Notes: generated by a model from the letters alone, not told the origin. DNA of 64,000 bases from Gemmatimonadota bacterium (GCA_963666735.1 OY762926.1:2464001-2528000); one strand, 5' to 3'. Positions 49,961 to 60,279 are shown, counted from the first letter of the stretch. Program-made: numbers and translations.

Positions 49961-49989
49961 TTGACGGGGGGCCCACGACCCGGTACCCT
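49961..49989 (+). promoter_or_regulatory. Sigma70-like promoter for the riboswitch-kinase-metY unit
   Basis: TTGACG-17 nt-TACCCT, 13 nt upstream of the riboswitch. A second TTGACG on the minus strand (49900-49905) faces the metX riboswitch. Confidence 0.65.
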
Positions 49990-50002
49990 CTGCCCGCTAA
50001 CG

Positions 50003-50115
50003 CTCATCGAGACCGGTCGAGGGACAGGCCCGAAGACACCGGGGCAACCTGTGGAAGGTGGCTCTTCCACTGATGTGCCAACTCCTGCGACGGATGCAAT
50101 CCGTTGGTAGATGAG
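50003..50115 (+). ncRNA. SAM-I (S-box) riboswitch
   Basis: CTCATCGAGA..GAGGGACAGGCCCGAAGA..GGCAACC...GTGCCAACTCC...AGATGAG. Confidence 0.93.
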
Positions 50116-50215
50116 TCGCCCGCTGCGCTTCGTTGCGCGGCCGCTGTTTGTTCCCAGGGCGTCGCTTCTCCGGAGTCCGCTGAGTGTGCACCGAGACTCG
50201 GGGGGAGGCGTTTCA

Positions 50216-50989
50216 TTGCGCGAAGTTCACCGCGTTCACGTACTCAAGTTCGGTTCATCCGTGCTGGCGCGTCCGGCCGCATACCGGTCGGTGGCCGAGG
50301 AGATCCGGACCGAAGTCGCCGGGGGCGCGAAAGTCGTCGCGGTCGTGTCGGCGATGGGTGACACCACCGACGACCTGCTCGCCGCGGCGCGCGAACTCGC
50401 TCCGTCACTCCCCGACCATCTCATGGGATCTCTCCTGGCGACGGGCGAAGAGGCGTCCGTCGCGCTTCTCCGTCTCGCGCTCGCGACGGCGCGCGTCCGT
50501 GCCCTCGACATGTCGTTCTGGCGCCTGCCGCTCCGCACCCGGGGCCCGCTCGGCGCCGCCGATCCCGTCGACGTGGACGTCCACCGGATCGAAACGGCCC
50601 TCGCGGCCCACGATGCGGTCGTTCTTCCCGGGTTCGTGGGCGTCGACGCGACGGGCGTCACGTCGCTGCTCGGCAGGGGGGGATCGGACCTCACGGCGAT
50701 CTTCCTCGGGCATGCCCTGGGCGCCGCCGCGATCCGTCTCGTGAAGGATGTGGACGGCATCTTTCCGGCCGACCCGAAACGGTTCCCGGACATCGCGCCG
50801 CTGCGCAGGGCGACATGGAGCGAGGCGCGGCGGACGGCCGGCGGCGTCGTTCAGGATCGGGCCCTGCGTTTCGCCCAGCGCCACCGCATCCCGTTTCGCG
50901 TGGCGGCGCCCGGCGGCACGGGCACGTGGGTCGGCCGGCACGATTCGACGAACACCGAATTCCGTCTCGCGGGCTGCGCGCGCGGCTGA
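50216..50989 (+). CDS. Aspartokinase-like protein (kinase domain only)
   Basis: VLKFGSSV, VVSAMGDTTD, LGRGGSDLTA, KDVDGI..DP. TTG start after GGAGG; the ATG at 50111 lies inside the riboswitch. Confidence 0.82.
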   Translation: MREVHRVHVLKFGSSVLARPAAYRSVAEEIRTEVAGGAKVVAVVSAMGDTTDDLLAAARELAPSLPDHLMGSLLATGEEASVALLRLALATARVRALDMSFWRLPLRTRGPLGAADPVDVDVHRIETALAAHDAVVLPGFVGVDATGVTSLLGRGGSDLTAIFLGHALGAAAIRLVKDVDGIFPADPKRFPDIAPLRRATWSEARRTAGGVVQDRALRFAQRHRIPFRVAAPGGTGTWVGRHDSTNTEFRLAGCARG

Positions 50990-51106
50990 TGAACACGAGT
51001 ACCGGTCCGCGTTCCACGGCCGTTCCGCAGCGATGAGACGGTCGGCCGGAGGCGCGGACATTCACCGCCCGAGAGATCGGGCACCACCGGAGAGAAGACG
51101 GAGATC

Positions 51107-52402
51107 ATGAGAGACGAAACTGTAGCGATCCACCTCGGATACGATTCCGAGCCCACGACGCACGCCGTCGCGGTGCCGCTGTACCAGACCGTGGCGTACG
51201 AGTTCGACGACGCGCAGCACGGCGCGGACCTCTTCAACCTCGAGGTCGAGGGCAACATCTACTCCCGCATCATGAACCCCACGCAGGCCGTGCTGGAGGA
51301 GCGGCTTGCCCAGCTCGAACGCGGCCTGGCGACGCTTGCGCTCTCCTCGGGCAGCGCGGCCGTCAACTATTCGATCCTCAACCTCGCCGCCTCCGGGGAC
51401 AACATCGTCTCGGTGCCCCAGTTGTACGGCGGCACGTACACGCTCTTCGCCCACATGCTGCCGCAGCTGGGCATCGAAGTGCGCTTCGCCGACGGCGACG
51501 GCGCGGACGATCTGGCTAAGCTGATCGATGACCGGACGAAGGCCGTGTTCGTCGAAAGCATCGGGAACCCGGCGGGTAATATCGTGGACCTCGCGGCGGT
51601 GGCCGACGCGGCGCACGCCCACGGCGTCGCCACCATCGTGGACAACACGGTCGCCAGCCCGGCGCTCCTCAAGCCGATCGAACACGGGTTCGACATCGTG
51701 GTGCACTCGCTGACGAAGTACATCGGCGGGCACGGCAACTCGCTCGGCGGCGCGATCGTCGATTCCGGGAAATTCCCGTGGACGGAGCACGCGAGCCGCT
51801 ACCCGCAGTTCACGACGCCGGAACCCAGCTACCACGGAGTCGTCTACACGGAGGCGCTGGGGCCGGCCGCGTACATCGGGCGGGCGCGCACGGTGCCGCT
51901 GCGCAACACGGGGTCGGCGATCTCGCCCTTCAACGCGTTCCAGATCATCCAGGGGATCCAGACGCTGAACCTCCGCGTCGAGCGCCACTCCGAGAACGCG
52001 CTCGCGGTGGCGAAGCACCTGAAGGACCACCCGGCCGTGGAGTGGGTGAGCTACGCCGGACTGCCGGGCGATCCGTACCACGACCTGGCCCTCAAGTACC
52101 TGGGCGGCCGGGCCTCGGGGATCCTGACGTTCGGGGTGAAGGGCGGCTTCGAGGCGGGCGTGAAGTTCTACGACGCGCTCGAGCTGTTCAAGCGGCTCGT
52201 GAACATCGGGGATGCCAAGTCGCTGGCGTGCCATCCGGCGTCCACGACGCACCGGCAGCTCACCGAGGAAGAGCAGCTCAGCGTCGGCGTGCGTCCGGAG
52301 ACCATCCGGCTCTCCGTAGGCATCGAGCACATCGATGACATCATCGAGGACCTCGACCGCGCGCTGGACGGGGCGTCGTCCGCCCGGCCGGCCGCGGCGT
52401 AA
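51107..52402 (+). CDS. metY: O-acetylhomoserine aminocarboxypropyltransferase
   Basis: IYSRIMNPT, HSLTKYIGGHG, NIGDAKSLACHPASTTH. Confidence 0.93.
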   Translation: MRDETVAIHLGYDSEPTTHAVAVPLYQTVAYEFDDAQHGADLFNLEVEGNIYSRIMNPTQAVLEERLAQLERGLATLALSSGSAAVNYSILNLAASGDNIVSVPQLYGGTYTLFAHMLPQLGIEVRFADGDGADDLAKLIDDRTKAVFVESIGNPAGNIVDLAAVADAAHAHGVATIVDNTVASPALLKPIEHGFDIVVHSLTKYIGGHGNSLGGAIVDSGKFPWTEHASRYPQFTTPEPSYHGVVYTEALGPAAYIGRARTVPLRNTGSAISPFNAFQIIQGIQTLNLRVERHSENALAVAKHLKDHPAVEWVSYAGLPGDPYHDLALKYLGGRASGILTFGVKGGFEAGVKFYDALELFKRLVNIGDAKSLACHPASTTHRQLTEEEQLSVGVRPETIRLSVGIEHIDDIIEDLDRALDGASSARPAAA

Positions 52403-52428
52403 CCGGCCCGCCCGGACGCCCGCCACCG

Positions 52429-52460
52429 GCCCTCCGCGGATCCACCTTTCCGCGGAGGGC
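52429..52460 (+). terminator. Perfect 12-bp stem hairpin after metY
   Basis: GCCCTCCGCGGA-8 nt-TCCGCGGAGGGC; no U-tract. Confidence 0.45.
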
Positions 52461-52613
52461 TGAGCGGCAGGTCAATCCGGACGGCTGGCCGGCGGGTCAA
52501 TCCGGCGGCAGCCGCCGTTGACGGTCGGCCGGGACGCCGGCTACGGTGGCGCTCGCCCGGCTCGGTTGCGGCCACCTCATACGGCGACCTCATCGCGGGA
52601 GCGTCTCCAGACC

Positions 52614-54317
52614 TTGAGCGCCCTGGATTGGCTGATCGTCCTCGGACTGAACGGTGCGATCATCGCCTACGGGCTGCGCCGCGCACGCGGCACCTCCACG
52701 AGCGGCGAGTGGTTCCTGAGTTCGCGCGCGCTGCCGTGGTGGGCCGTCGGCCTGTCCCTCTTCGCGACCAACATGGACAACTCGGAGTTCGTGTCGGCCA
52801 CGGGGACGATCGCGAGCGAGGGCCTGCATTTCCTCTCCGCGCACACGTTCGGCGGACTCATCGGGGTCACGATCGCGACCTTCGTGATCGTCCCCGCCAT
52901 GTATCGCGCGGGGCTGTACACCAACTCCGAGTACCTCGAGCACCGCTTCGGTCCCGGGACCCGCGTGCTCGGCGCACTGATCCAGATCCAGTACCGGACC
53001 TCCGTGCTGGGACTCATGATCTGGGCCGTCCACCTGACCCTGGTCGGGGTCGGCGGGCTGAGACCGGGACTGTCCTGGGCGCTGATCGTGTCGCTCGTCG
53101 TCCTGTCGGGCGTCTACACGGCCGTTGGCGGGTTGCGGGCGGTCGTGGCGACGGACGTGCTGCAGAGCGTGCTCGTGATGGCGGGAGGTCTCGCGGTGTG
53201 CGTCGCCGTCTGGCAGGCCGCGGGCGGGTGGGACGCGATGGTCGCCCAACTGGAGGGCCTGGGGACGACGGCCGAGGGACTGGCGCCGGGACTCGCCGCC
53301 GCGGACCTGGCCCATGTGGGCGCCTTCCGGGGACGGGACGGGACCACGTCGCCGGCCGTGATCTTCATCGCGTGGATTCTCATCTCCTCCGGCTGGTGGA
53401 CCGTGAGCCACACGTCCACTCAGCGGATGATGGGGGCCCGCTCGCTGTGGGACATGAAGATGGCCGGGGTGCTCGGCGCGGGCGCGAGCCTCGTCATCCT
53501 GCTCTTCACGGACATGCTCGGACTCTTCGGGCGCGCACAGTTCCCGGATTTCGCCCGGCCCGACGAAATGTACCCGCACCTGATCTCCACCTATCTCGGG
53601 ACCGGCGCCAAGGGGCTGGTCGTGGCCGGGGTCGTGAGCGCTGCGGTGAGCACCTTCGACTCGATGGGGTCGTCGATGTCGGCCGTCTTCACGCGCGACA
53701 TCTACGCGCGCTTCATCTCGCGGGACCGCGACGACGCCCACTACCTCCGCGCGGGACGCATCGCGACCATCGCGATCCTGGTGCTGGGGTTCGCCTACCT
53801 GCCGCTGATCCTGCGGGCGCCGACGATGCTCGCCGCCTTCCGCTCGGTCACATCGGTGTTCGTCACGCCGCTCCTCATCGTCTACCTGGTCGGCGCCGTG
53901 ACGCGTACGAACCGGCGAGTGGGAATCGCCGGCCTGGCGACGGGCGGACTGTACGGGGTCGTCGGTTTCGTGGACCGCGAGGTGGTCGACGTCTCCTGGC
54001 TGCCCTCCTGGCTGACCGGACAGTGGGAGGCGTTCGTGTGGGCGGTCGCGTTCACGGCAGCGGGCTGCGCCTTTGCGGCGCTACACCCGCGCTGGCGCAG
54101 GTCGGCCGGCGTGCTGGCGAGCGGCGGCGAAGCGGCGCCCCCCGGTGATGCGCCGCCTCCCGGCGCCGGCGACTGGCTGGCGAAGAGTTCCGGCGAACTC
54201 GGCCCGATCCGGCTCCACCCCTTCAGAGAGCGCGTGCCGTTGCTGGCCAGCCCCGCGCTCTACACGGGAATCCTCCTGGCGATTTCAGCGTGGCTCGTCT
54301 TCGGCGTCTTCTGGTGA
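52614..54317 (+). CDS. Sodium:solute symporter (SSS)
   Basis: LPWWAVGLSLFATN, EYLEHRFG, GGLRAVVATD, AAVSTFDS. Confidence 0.9.
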   Translation: MSALDWLIVLGLNGAIIAYGLRRARGTSTSGEWFLSSRALPWWAVGLSLFATNMDNSEFVSATGTIASEGLHFLSAHTFGGLIGVTIATFVIVPAMYRAGLYTNSEYLEHRFGPGTRVLGALIQIQYRTSVLGLMIWAVHLTLVGVGGLRPGLSWALIVSLVVLSGVYTAVGGLRAVVATDVLQSVLVMAGGLAVCVAVWQAAGGWDAMVAQLEGLGTTAEGLAPGLAAADLAHVGAFRGRDGTTSPAVIFIAWILISSGWWTVSHTSTQRMMGARSLWDMKMAGVLGAGASLVILLFTDMLGLFGRAQFPDFARPDEMYPHLISTYLGTGAKGLVVAGVVSAAVSTFDSMGSSMSAVFTRDIYARFISRDRDDAHYLRAGRIATIAILVLGFAYLPLILRAPTMLAAFRSVTSVFVTPLLIVYLVGAVTRTNRRVGIAGLATGGLYGVVGFVDREVVDVSWLPSWLTGQWEAFVWAVAFTAAGCAFAALHPRWRRSAGVLASGGEAAPPGDAPPPGAGDWLAKSSGELGPIRLHPFRERVPLLASPALYTGILLAISAWLVFGVFW

Positions 54318-54449
54318 CCGCAGTCGTGGCGCGAGGGGTGACACTGGCGCGCCGCCCACCCGGACCACAGCCTTGGGCGACGCCGAAGTGAAGTCGGCGG
54401 CAGTCCGTGGCAGATCCGGCGCAATTCGGACCCGCACGCTGGGAGACCC

Positions 54450-54743
54450 ATGAATCAACGCGCAGCAGACCGCGACCACCTGGCGTACTGGCGCCGCAAC
54501 CTCCGTTACCTGGGGGGCCTCCTCGCGATCTGGGCTCTGGTGTCCTTCGGCGCGGGCATCCTGTTCGCCGGCGCGCTCGACACGGTCAGGATCCCGGGCA
54601 CGGGCTTCCCCCTCGGGTTCTGGTTCGCGCAGCAGGGCTCCATCTACGTCTTCGTCGTCCTCATCTTCGTCTACGTCTTCCTCATGAACCGGCTCGACCG
54701 GGAGTTCGACGTGGACGAGCGTGACGAGGAGGGCACGGCATGA
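54450..54743 (+). CDS. DUF4212 small membrane partner of the solute symporter
   Basis: YWRRNL, GFPLGFWFAQQGSI, MNRLD; ATGA overlap with the symporter. Confidence 0.88.
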   Translation: MNQRAADRDHLAYWRRNLRYLGGLLAIWALVSFGAGILFAGALDTVRIPGTGFPLGFWFAQQGSIYVFVVLIFVYVFLMNRLDREFDVDERDEEGTA

Positions 54744-56461
54744 CGGTTCTCCAGTGGACGGCGACGCTCGTCGGGATTTCGTTCGCGCTCTACATCGGGA
54801 TCGCGATCTGGTCGCGGGCCCATTCCACGAGCGAGTTCTACGTGGCCGGCAAGGGGGTCCATCCCCTGGCCAACGGGATGGCGACGGCGGCGGACTGGAT
54901 GTCGGCCGCCTCCTTCATCTCCATGGCCGGGATCATCTCCTTCCTGGGATACGACGGGTCGGTCTACCTGATGGGCTGGACCGGCGGATACGTGCTCCTG
55001 GCGCTGCTGCTCGCCCCGTATCTGCGGAAGTTCGGAGCCTTCACCGTCCCGGACTTCGTCGGCGACCGCTACTACTCGCAGACGGCCCGGGTCGTGGCCG
55101 TCATCTGCGCGATCTTCGTCTCCTTCACCTACGTGGCGGGCCAGATGCGCGGCGTGGGGATCGTGTTCAGCCGCTTCCTCGAGATCGATGTGATGTGGGG
55201 CGTGATCATCGGGATGGGGATCGTGTTCTTCTACGCGGTGCTCGGGGGGATGAAGGGGATCACCTACACGCAGGTCGCGCAGTACTGCGTGCTGATTTTC
55301 GCCTACACGGTGCCGGCGATCTTCCTGTCGATGATGATCACGGGGATTCCGATTCCCCAGATCGGGTTCGGGGCGGCGGAGCAGGAGACCGGGACGTTCC
55401 TGCTCGACCGCCTGAACGGCCTGCACGAGGAACTGGGCTTCGCCGCCTACACGGCCGGGACGAAATCGACGCTCGACGTGCTGGCGATCACGGCCGCGCT
55501 CATGGTGGGGACGGCGGGGCTCCCGCACGTGATCATCCGCTTCTACACGGTGCCGCGGGTGCGCGACGCGCGGATCAGCGTGGGCTGGGCGCTCGTGTTC
55601 ATCGCGCTCCTGTACACGGCGGCGCCGGCGGTGGCGGTGTTCGCGAGGACGAACCTGCTCAATACGGTGACGGACCAGCCGTACGCGGAGATGCCGGAGT
55701 GGTTCACGAAGTGGGAGGCGACGGGGTTGATCTCGTACGAGGACCACAACGCGGATGGGTTGATCCAGTACGTGGGGGCGGACGCGGTGGACGCCGCGGG
55801 CGCGCCCGTGCAGAACGAACTCACGATTAACCGGGACATCATGGTGCTGGCGAACCCGGAGATCGCGCGCCTGCCGAACTGGGTGGTGGGACTGGTGGCG
55901 GCGGGCGGGCTGGCGGCGGCGCTCTCGACGGCGGCCGGACTCCTGCTCGTGCTCTCGGCGGCGATCAGCCACGACCTGCTCAAGCGCAACTGGCGACCGG
56001 ACATCAGCGAGCGGGGCGAACTCATCGCAGCGCGGTTCAGCGCCGTGTTTGCCGTCCTCGCGGCGGGCTACCTGGGGATCAACCCGCCCGGCTTCGTGGC
56101 GGAGGTGGTCGCGTTCGCGTTCGGGCTCGCGGCGGCTTCGTTCTTCCCCGTCATCATCCTCGGCATCTTCTCGAAACGGCTCAACCGGGAGGGGGCGATC
56201 GCCGGCATGCTGTGCGGGATCACGTTCACCGCCGCCTACATCGTCTACTTCAAGTTCGTGAACCCGGGCGCCAACGTGGCGGAGAACTGGTGGTTCGGGA
56301 TCTCGCCGGAGGGGATCGGCGCGGTCGGCATGACGGTGAACTTCGTCGTCGCGACCGTCGTGTCGCGCTTCACGCCGCCGCCGCCGCCGGAGGCGCAGAG
56401 GCTGGTCGAGCGGATCCGGCTGCCGCGGGGGGCGGGCGAGGCGCACGAGATCAGCGGCTGA
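54740..56461 (+). CDS. ActP-like cation/acetate symporter (SSS)
   Basis: NGMATAADWMSAASF, GTAGLPHVIIRFYT, AAALSTAAGLL. Confidence 0.9.
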   Translation: MTVLQWTATLVGISFALYIGIAIWSRAHSTSEFYVAGKGVHPLANGMATAADWMSAASFISMAGIISFLGYDGSVYLMGWTGGYVLLALLLAPYLRKFGAFTVPDFVGDRYYSQTARVVAVICAIFVSFTYVAGQMRGVGIVFSRFLEIDVMWGVIIGMGIVFFYAVLGGMKGITYTQVAQYCVLIFAYTVPAIFLSMMITGIPIPQIGFGAAEQETGTFLLDRLNGLHEELGFAAYTAGTKSTLDVLAITAALMVGTAGLPHVIIRFYTVPRVRDARISVGWALVFIALLYTAAPAVAVFARTNLLNTVTDQPYAEMPEWFTKWEATGLISYEDHNADGLIQYVGADAVDAAGAPVQNELTINRDIMVLANPEIARLPNWVVGLVAAGGLAAALSTAAGLLLVLSAAISHDLLKRNWRPDISERGELIAARFSAVFAVLAAGYLGINPPGFVAEVVAFAFGLAAASFFPVIILGIFSKRLNREGAIAGMLCGITFTAAYIVYFKFVNPGANVAENWWFGISPEGIGAVGMTVNFVVATVVSRFTPPPPPEAQRLVERIRLPRGAGEAHEISG

Positions 56462-56465
56462 CGCG

Positions 56466-57326
56466 ATGCCGGGACGGGACGAGAGTCCGGGATTCGGGGG
56501 CCGCCTGCGGTCGCTGCCGACCCGGCACCGGACGTTCATCGAGCGCGCGTTGGCTGCGGTCCCCGGGGTCGACGGCGTCGTCGGTCTGGCGGCGGGCGGT
56601 TCGTTCATCGCGGCCGAGATCGACGAGTTCTCGGACCTCGACCTCGTGCTGGCGGTGGAGCCGGAGGCCTGGCCCGAAATCCTCGACCGTCGGCAGGCGA
56701 TCGCCGCCGAACTCGGTCCCTCGTTTCTCGCCGGCTTCACGGGGGAGCACGTCGGAGAGCCGCGCCTGCTCGTGTGCCTCTACGGCCCTCCGCTCCTGCA
56801 CGTGGACCTCAAGTTCGTGTCGCTCGACGACGTGCACGAACGAGTCGAGGATCCGGTCATTCTGTGGGAACGCGACGGCCGGCTGAGCGCCGCTTTCGCC
56901 CGCGCGGAAGCCCGCTACCCGGCCGCCGACCCGGCCTGGATCGAGGCGCGCTTCTGGATCTGGGCCCACTACATCGCGGACAAGATCGAGCGGGGAGAGA
57001 TCTTCGAGGCGCTGGACGGACTGACGTTGCTGCGGGCGGCGGCGCTGGCGCCGCTGGCGTTCCTGCGGGCGGGCGCACACGCCACCGGGGTGCGGCGGGT
57101 CGAGGATCGGCTCCCCGCCTTCGCGACCGATCTACAGCGAACGGTTGGAGGTGTCGGCGCCGCCGCGTGTGCGGGCGCGCTCGAGGCCGCAGTCGAACTC
57201 TACACCGAGTTGCGGGCGGCCGACGACCAGGGGAGCGACGGCGCAATGAGCGACGTGGAGCGCGAGGTCCGCAACTATGTAGCGGGCCTGCGCGACCGGC
57301 TGCAGTTACGCGATCGAGATGCGTAA
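56466..57326 (+). CDS. Pol-beta-like nucleotidyltransferase domain protein
   Basis: GGSF...DEFSDLDL, HVDLKF. Confidence 0.7.
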   Translation: MPGRDESPGFGGRLRSLPTRHRTFIERALAAVPGVDGVVGLAAGGSFIAAEIDEFSDLDLVLAVEPEAWPEILDRRQAIAAELGPSFLAGFTGEHVGEPRLLVCLYGPPLLHVDLKFVSLDDVHERVEDPVILWERDGRLSAAFARAEARYPAADPAWIEARFWIWAHYIADKIERGEIFEALDGLTLLRAAALAPLAFLRAGAHATGVRRVEDRLPAFATDLQRTVGGVGAAACAGALEAAVELYTELRAADDQGSDGAMSDVEREVRNYVAGLRDRLQLRDRDA

Positions 57327-57352
57327 GGCGTCCGGTTCGTCTGGATCGAGCA

Positions 57353-57643
57353 TCAAGTGGGGGTCGGTATCCGCTCGACGTGGATACCGCCGGCCCTCCT
57401 CATCGCCTGGGCAAGGTCATACGCCGACTGAAGGCGATACCAGGTCTCGGCTCCGCCTCCAAACGCCTTGTCCAAGCGGATCGCCATTTCGGGAGAGATG
57501 CCGGAACGGCCGTTGACGAGTGCGGAAAGCTGCTTTCGGCTGACACCCAGCCTCCGCGCCGCCTCCGTCACGGTGAGCCCCAGCGGCTCCAGACAATCGT
57601 GGCGCACGGAAAGGCCCGGATGCGGCGGGTCCTTCATCGACAT
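57353..57643 (-). CDS. higA: HigA antitoxin
   Basis: [41 protein letters not shown]. Confidence 0.9.
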   Translation of the reverse strand: MSMKDPPHPGLSVRHDCLEPLGLTVTEAARRLGVSRKQLSALVNGRSGISPEMAIRLDKAFGGGAETWYRLQSAYDLAQAMRRAGGIHVERIPTPT

Positions 57644-57655
57644 GTCGCGAGCCTC

Positions 57656-57734
57656 CTAATTCCGGGGGGATCCGCCTCCGGTCTCCCCTCTCGAACGAAC
57701 GTTTGAGGCCTCGGTGGCGAAAGCCATGAATCAT
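57656..57734 (-). pseudogene. higB: HigB toxin remnant (internal deletion)
   Basis: MIHGFRHRGLKRSFERGD N-terminus runs directly into the TAGGAGG RBS of higA after ~25 codons; GTAAC-GT-GTTAC palindrome at 57747-57758. Confidence 0.75.
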
Positions 57735-57888
57735 CGCATGAGAACTGTAACGTGTTACGGGACAGGTTTCACGTGCTTCATGGCCACCTGGCTCATCTCG
57801 TTGAGCGGCGACCGGCCCACGTGGTATGATCGAAGGGAACCATCAACCTGCGATCAACAGGAGGCGGTCGGTGCGGAGCAGATGTGCG

Positions 57889-58998
57889 ATGCGGAGCAGG
57901 CTTTCCGGGAGAGGTTACGACAGGAGCGCCGTTCAGGCCGGGATCCTCGTGGCGGCGGGGATCTGTGCCGGGTGCGCTCCGGCGGACCCGGGGAGCGGCG
58001 GCGGGGCGGGCTCCGAGATGGGCGGCCCGCCGCCGTCCGAAGCCGTCCACTTCGAGTTCACGGAGGTGGTGCCCGGCGTCTACCACGCGCGCGGCGCGAG
58101 CGATCTTGTCGTGGGGTCGAACGCCGGTGTGATCGTGAACGAAGCGGACGTGCTGCTCGTCGATTCCCACATCTCCCCCGCGGCGGCGAACGCGCTCGTC
58201 GAGAACCTGCGCTCGATCACCGACAGGCCCGTGCGCTACGCCGCGAACACGCACTGGCACTTCGACCACGCGCACGGCAACCAGGTGTATCCGCCCGAGG
58301 TGGAGATCATCAGCCACGAGGCGACGCGGGCGGCGATCGCGGAGGGACGGTCGAACTCGGGCCGGTCGTACGAACTCTTCGTGGGGTCGATTCCCGGCCG
58401 GATCGCGCAGATGGAGGCGACGCTGGACACGCTGACCGACGAGGCCGCGCGCGCGGAACTCGAGGCCACGCTCGAAGGGCAGCGGACCTACTACGCGCAA
58501 CTTCAGGAGGTCGTCCCGACACCCCCCAACACGACGCTCTCGGAGCGGCTCACGCTCTACCGGGGCGGACGCGAGATCCAGTTCCACTTCTTCGGCCGCG
58601 CGCACACGGAAGGCGACGTCATCGTCTACCTGCCGAATGACCGCGTGATCATCACCGGGGACATGCTCACCGGCGGCCTTCCCTACATGGGCGACGGCTA
58701 CGTGAACGAATGGATCGAGACGCTGGACCGGGTGAAGGCGCTCGACTTCGACTGGATCATCCCGGGCCACGGTGCGCCGTACCGCGAGCGCGAGCGGATC
58801 GACCACCTGCAGGCCTACCTGCGGGACCTGTGGGACCAGTCCGTCGGGCTCCACGGCGAGGGCGTGAGCCCCGAGGACGCCGCGGGCCGCATCGATCTCA
58901 CCGCGCACGCCGACAATTTCGACGGCATCAGCGGCCCCGGCGCCAATCCCGTCGCCGTGCTGCGGATCTTCGAGTTGCTCGACGGCACCACGAACTGA
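57889..58998 (+). CDS. MBL-fold metallo-hydrolase (lipoprotein)
   Basis: THWHFDH, AHTEGD, TGD, PGHG. Confidence 0.88.
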   Translation: MRSRLSGRGYDRSAVQAGILVAAGICAGCAPADPGSGGGAGSEMGGPPPSEAVHFEFTEVVPGVYHARGASDLVVGSNAGVIVNEADVLLVDSHISPAAANALVENLRSITDRPVRYAANTHWHFDHAHGNQVYPPEVEIISHEATRAAIAEGRSNSGRSYELFVGSIPGRIAQMEATLDTLTDEAARAELEATLEGQRTYYAQLQEVVPTPPNTTLSERLTLYRGGREIQFHFFGRAHTEGDVIVYLPNDRVIITGDMLTGGLPYMGDGYVNEWIETLDRVKALDFDWIIPGHGAPYRERERIDHLQAYLRDLWDQSVGLHGEGVSPEDAAGRIDLTAHADNFDGISGPGANPVAVLRIFELLDGTTN

Positions 58999-59009
58999 GA
59001 GGAGTCACG

Positions 59010-60149
59010 ATGTCCACCGATTCGAACCGGCGCGATTTTCTGAAGGTTACGGCTGCGGCGGGCGCCGCCCTCGGGTTCGGCGTCCCCGTCGGGGCGTGCT
59101 CGGGCCCCGCCGCCACGCCCCAGGCCTCGGGCAGCGGCGGCAGGCTGCTCATCCTGGGCGGGACCGGGTTCATCGGCCCCTACCAGGTGCGGTCGGCGGT
59201 CGCGCAGGGCCTGGAGGTGACGATCTTCAACCGCGGCAACCGCCCCGGGATGTTCGAGGGGGTGGAGGAACTCGTCGGGGACCGGAACGGGGACTTCGAG
59301 TCGCTGCGCGGCCGGACGTGGGACGTCGTCATCGACAACTCCACGGCCCGCCCCGACTGGGTGACGAGCATCGGGGAGTTTCTGCGCGACTCCGTCGAGT
59401 ACTTCTACTACGTCTCGTCGCGCTCGGCGTACGCGAGCCACTCCACGGTGCCGATGACGGCCGAGGTCCCGTCGTACACCTACGAGACGGCCGGCGTGGA
59501 TCGCGCGACCGCGGACATCACGGATCTGCCCTACGGCCTCGCCAAGGCGGAGTCCGAGCGCGAGGCGATGCGGATCTTCCCCGACCGCTACGGGATCTTC
59601 CGCCCGGGCCTCATTATCGGACCCGACGACCCCACGGACCGGTTCACCTACTGGCCGGTGCGGATCCACCGAGGCGGCGAAGTACTCTCGCCCGGCGACG
59701 GGACCGACCCCGTGCAGATCATCGACGTGCGCGACCTGGGCGACTTCATGGCGCTGTCCTCCGACATGGGACACACGGGCATCTTCAACCTCGTGGGCCC
59801 CGCGACGCCGCGGCCGATGGCGGAACTCCTGTACGGGATCCGCGCCGTGACCGCCGCGGAGACGACGTTCACGTGGGTGCCGCGCGAGTTCCTGGCCGAG
59901 CGCGGCGTGCGCCCCTACGCCGAGATGCCGGTGTGGCGGCCTCCGACGCCGGGATCGGAGGGGTTCGCGCGCTTCGACCTCTCCAACGAAGTGGCGCACG
60001 GGCTCACGTTCCGCTCGCTGGCCGACACGACGCAGGCGACGCTGGACTTCCACTTCTCCCGTACGCCCGAGCGGCAAGCGGAGATGCGGCCGGGACTCTC
60101 CGCGGAGCGGGAGGCGGAGATCCTGGGGGAGTGGCACGCAGCGCGGTGA
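59010..60149 (+). CDS. Tat-exported NAD-dependent epimerase/dehydratase
   Basis: NRRDFLK Tat signal, LGGTGFIG, YGLAK. Confidence 0.85.
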   Translation: MSTDSNRRDFLKVTAAAGAALGFGVPVGACSGPAATPQASGSGGRLLILGGTGFIGPYQVRSAVAQGLEVTIFNRGNRPGMFEGVEELVGDRNGDFESLRGRTWDVVIDNSTARPDWVTSIGEFLRDSVEYFYYVSSRSAYASHSTVPMTAEVPSYTYETAGVDRATADITDLPYGLAKAESEREAMRIFPDRYGIFRPGLIIGPDDPTDRFTYWPVRIHRGGEVLSPGDGTDPVQIIDVRDLGDFMALSSDMGHTGIFNLVGPATPRPMAELLYGIRAVTAAETTFTWVPREFLAERGVRPYAEMPVWRPPTPGSEGFARFDLSNEVAHGLTFRSLADTTQATLDFHFSRTPERQAEMRPGLSAEREAEILGEWHAAR

Positions 60150-60279
60150 CGGCCGGGTCGGCCGGGGCCGCCCTTGCTGGCCGTCGTGAAGGCGGCAACT
60201 GTGGTCAGCGAACCCATGCGGGATGGCGCGGGGGACGGGGACGGAAGGCGAGTACGATACCGACGGAAACGGAGGCGAG

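Noticed and set aside
52470..52505. Direct repeat GGTCAATCCGG x2 upstream of the SSS gene
   Set aside because: Could be an operator, but there are only two copies and no regulator nearby.
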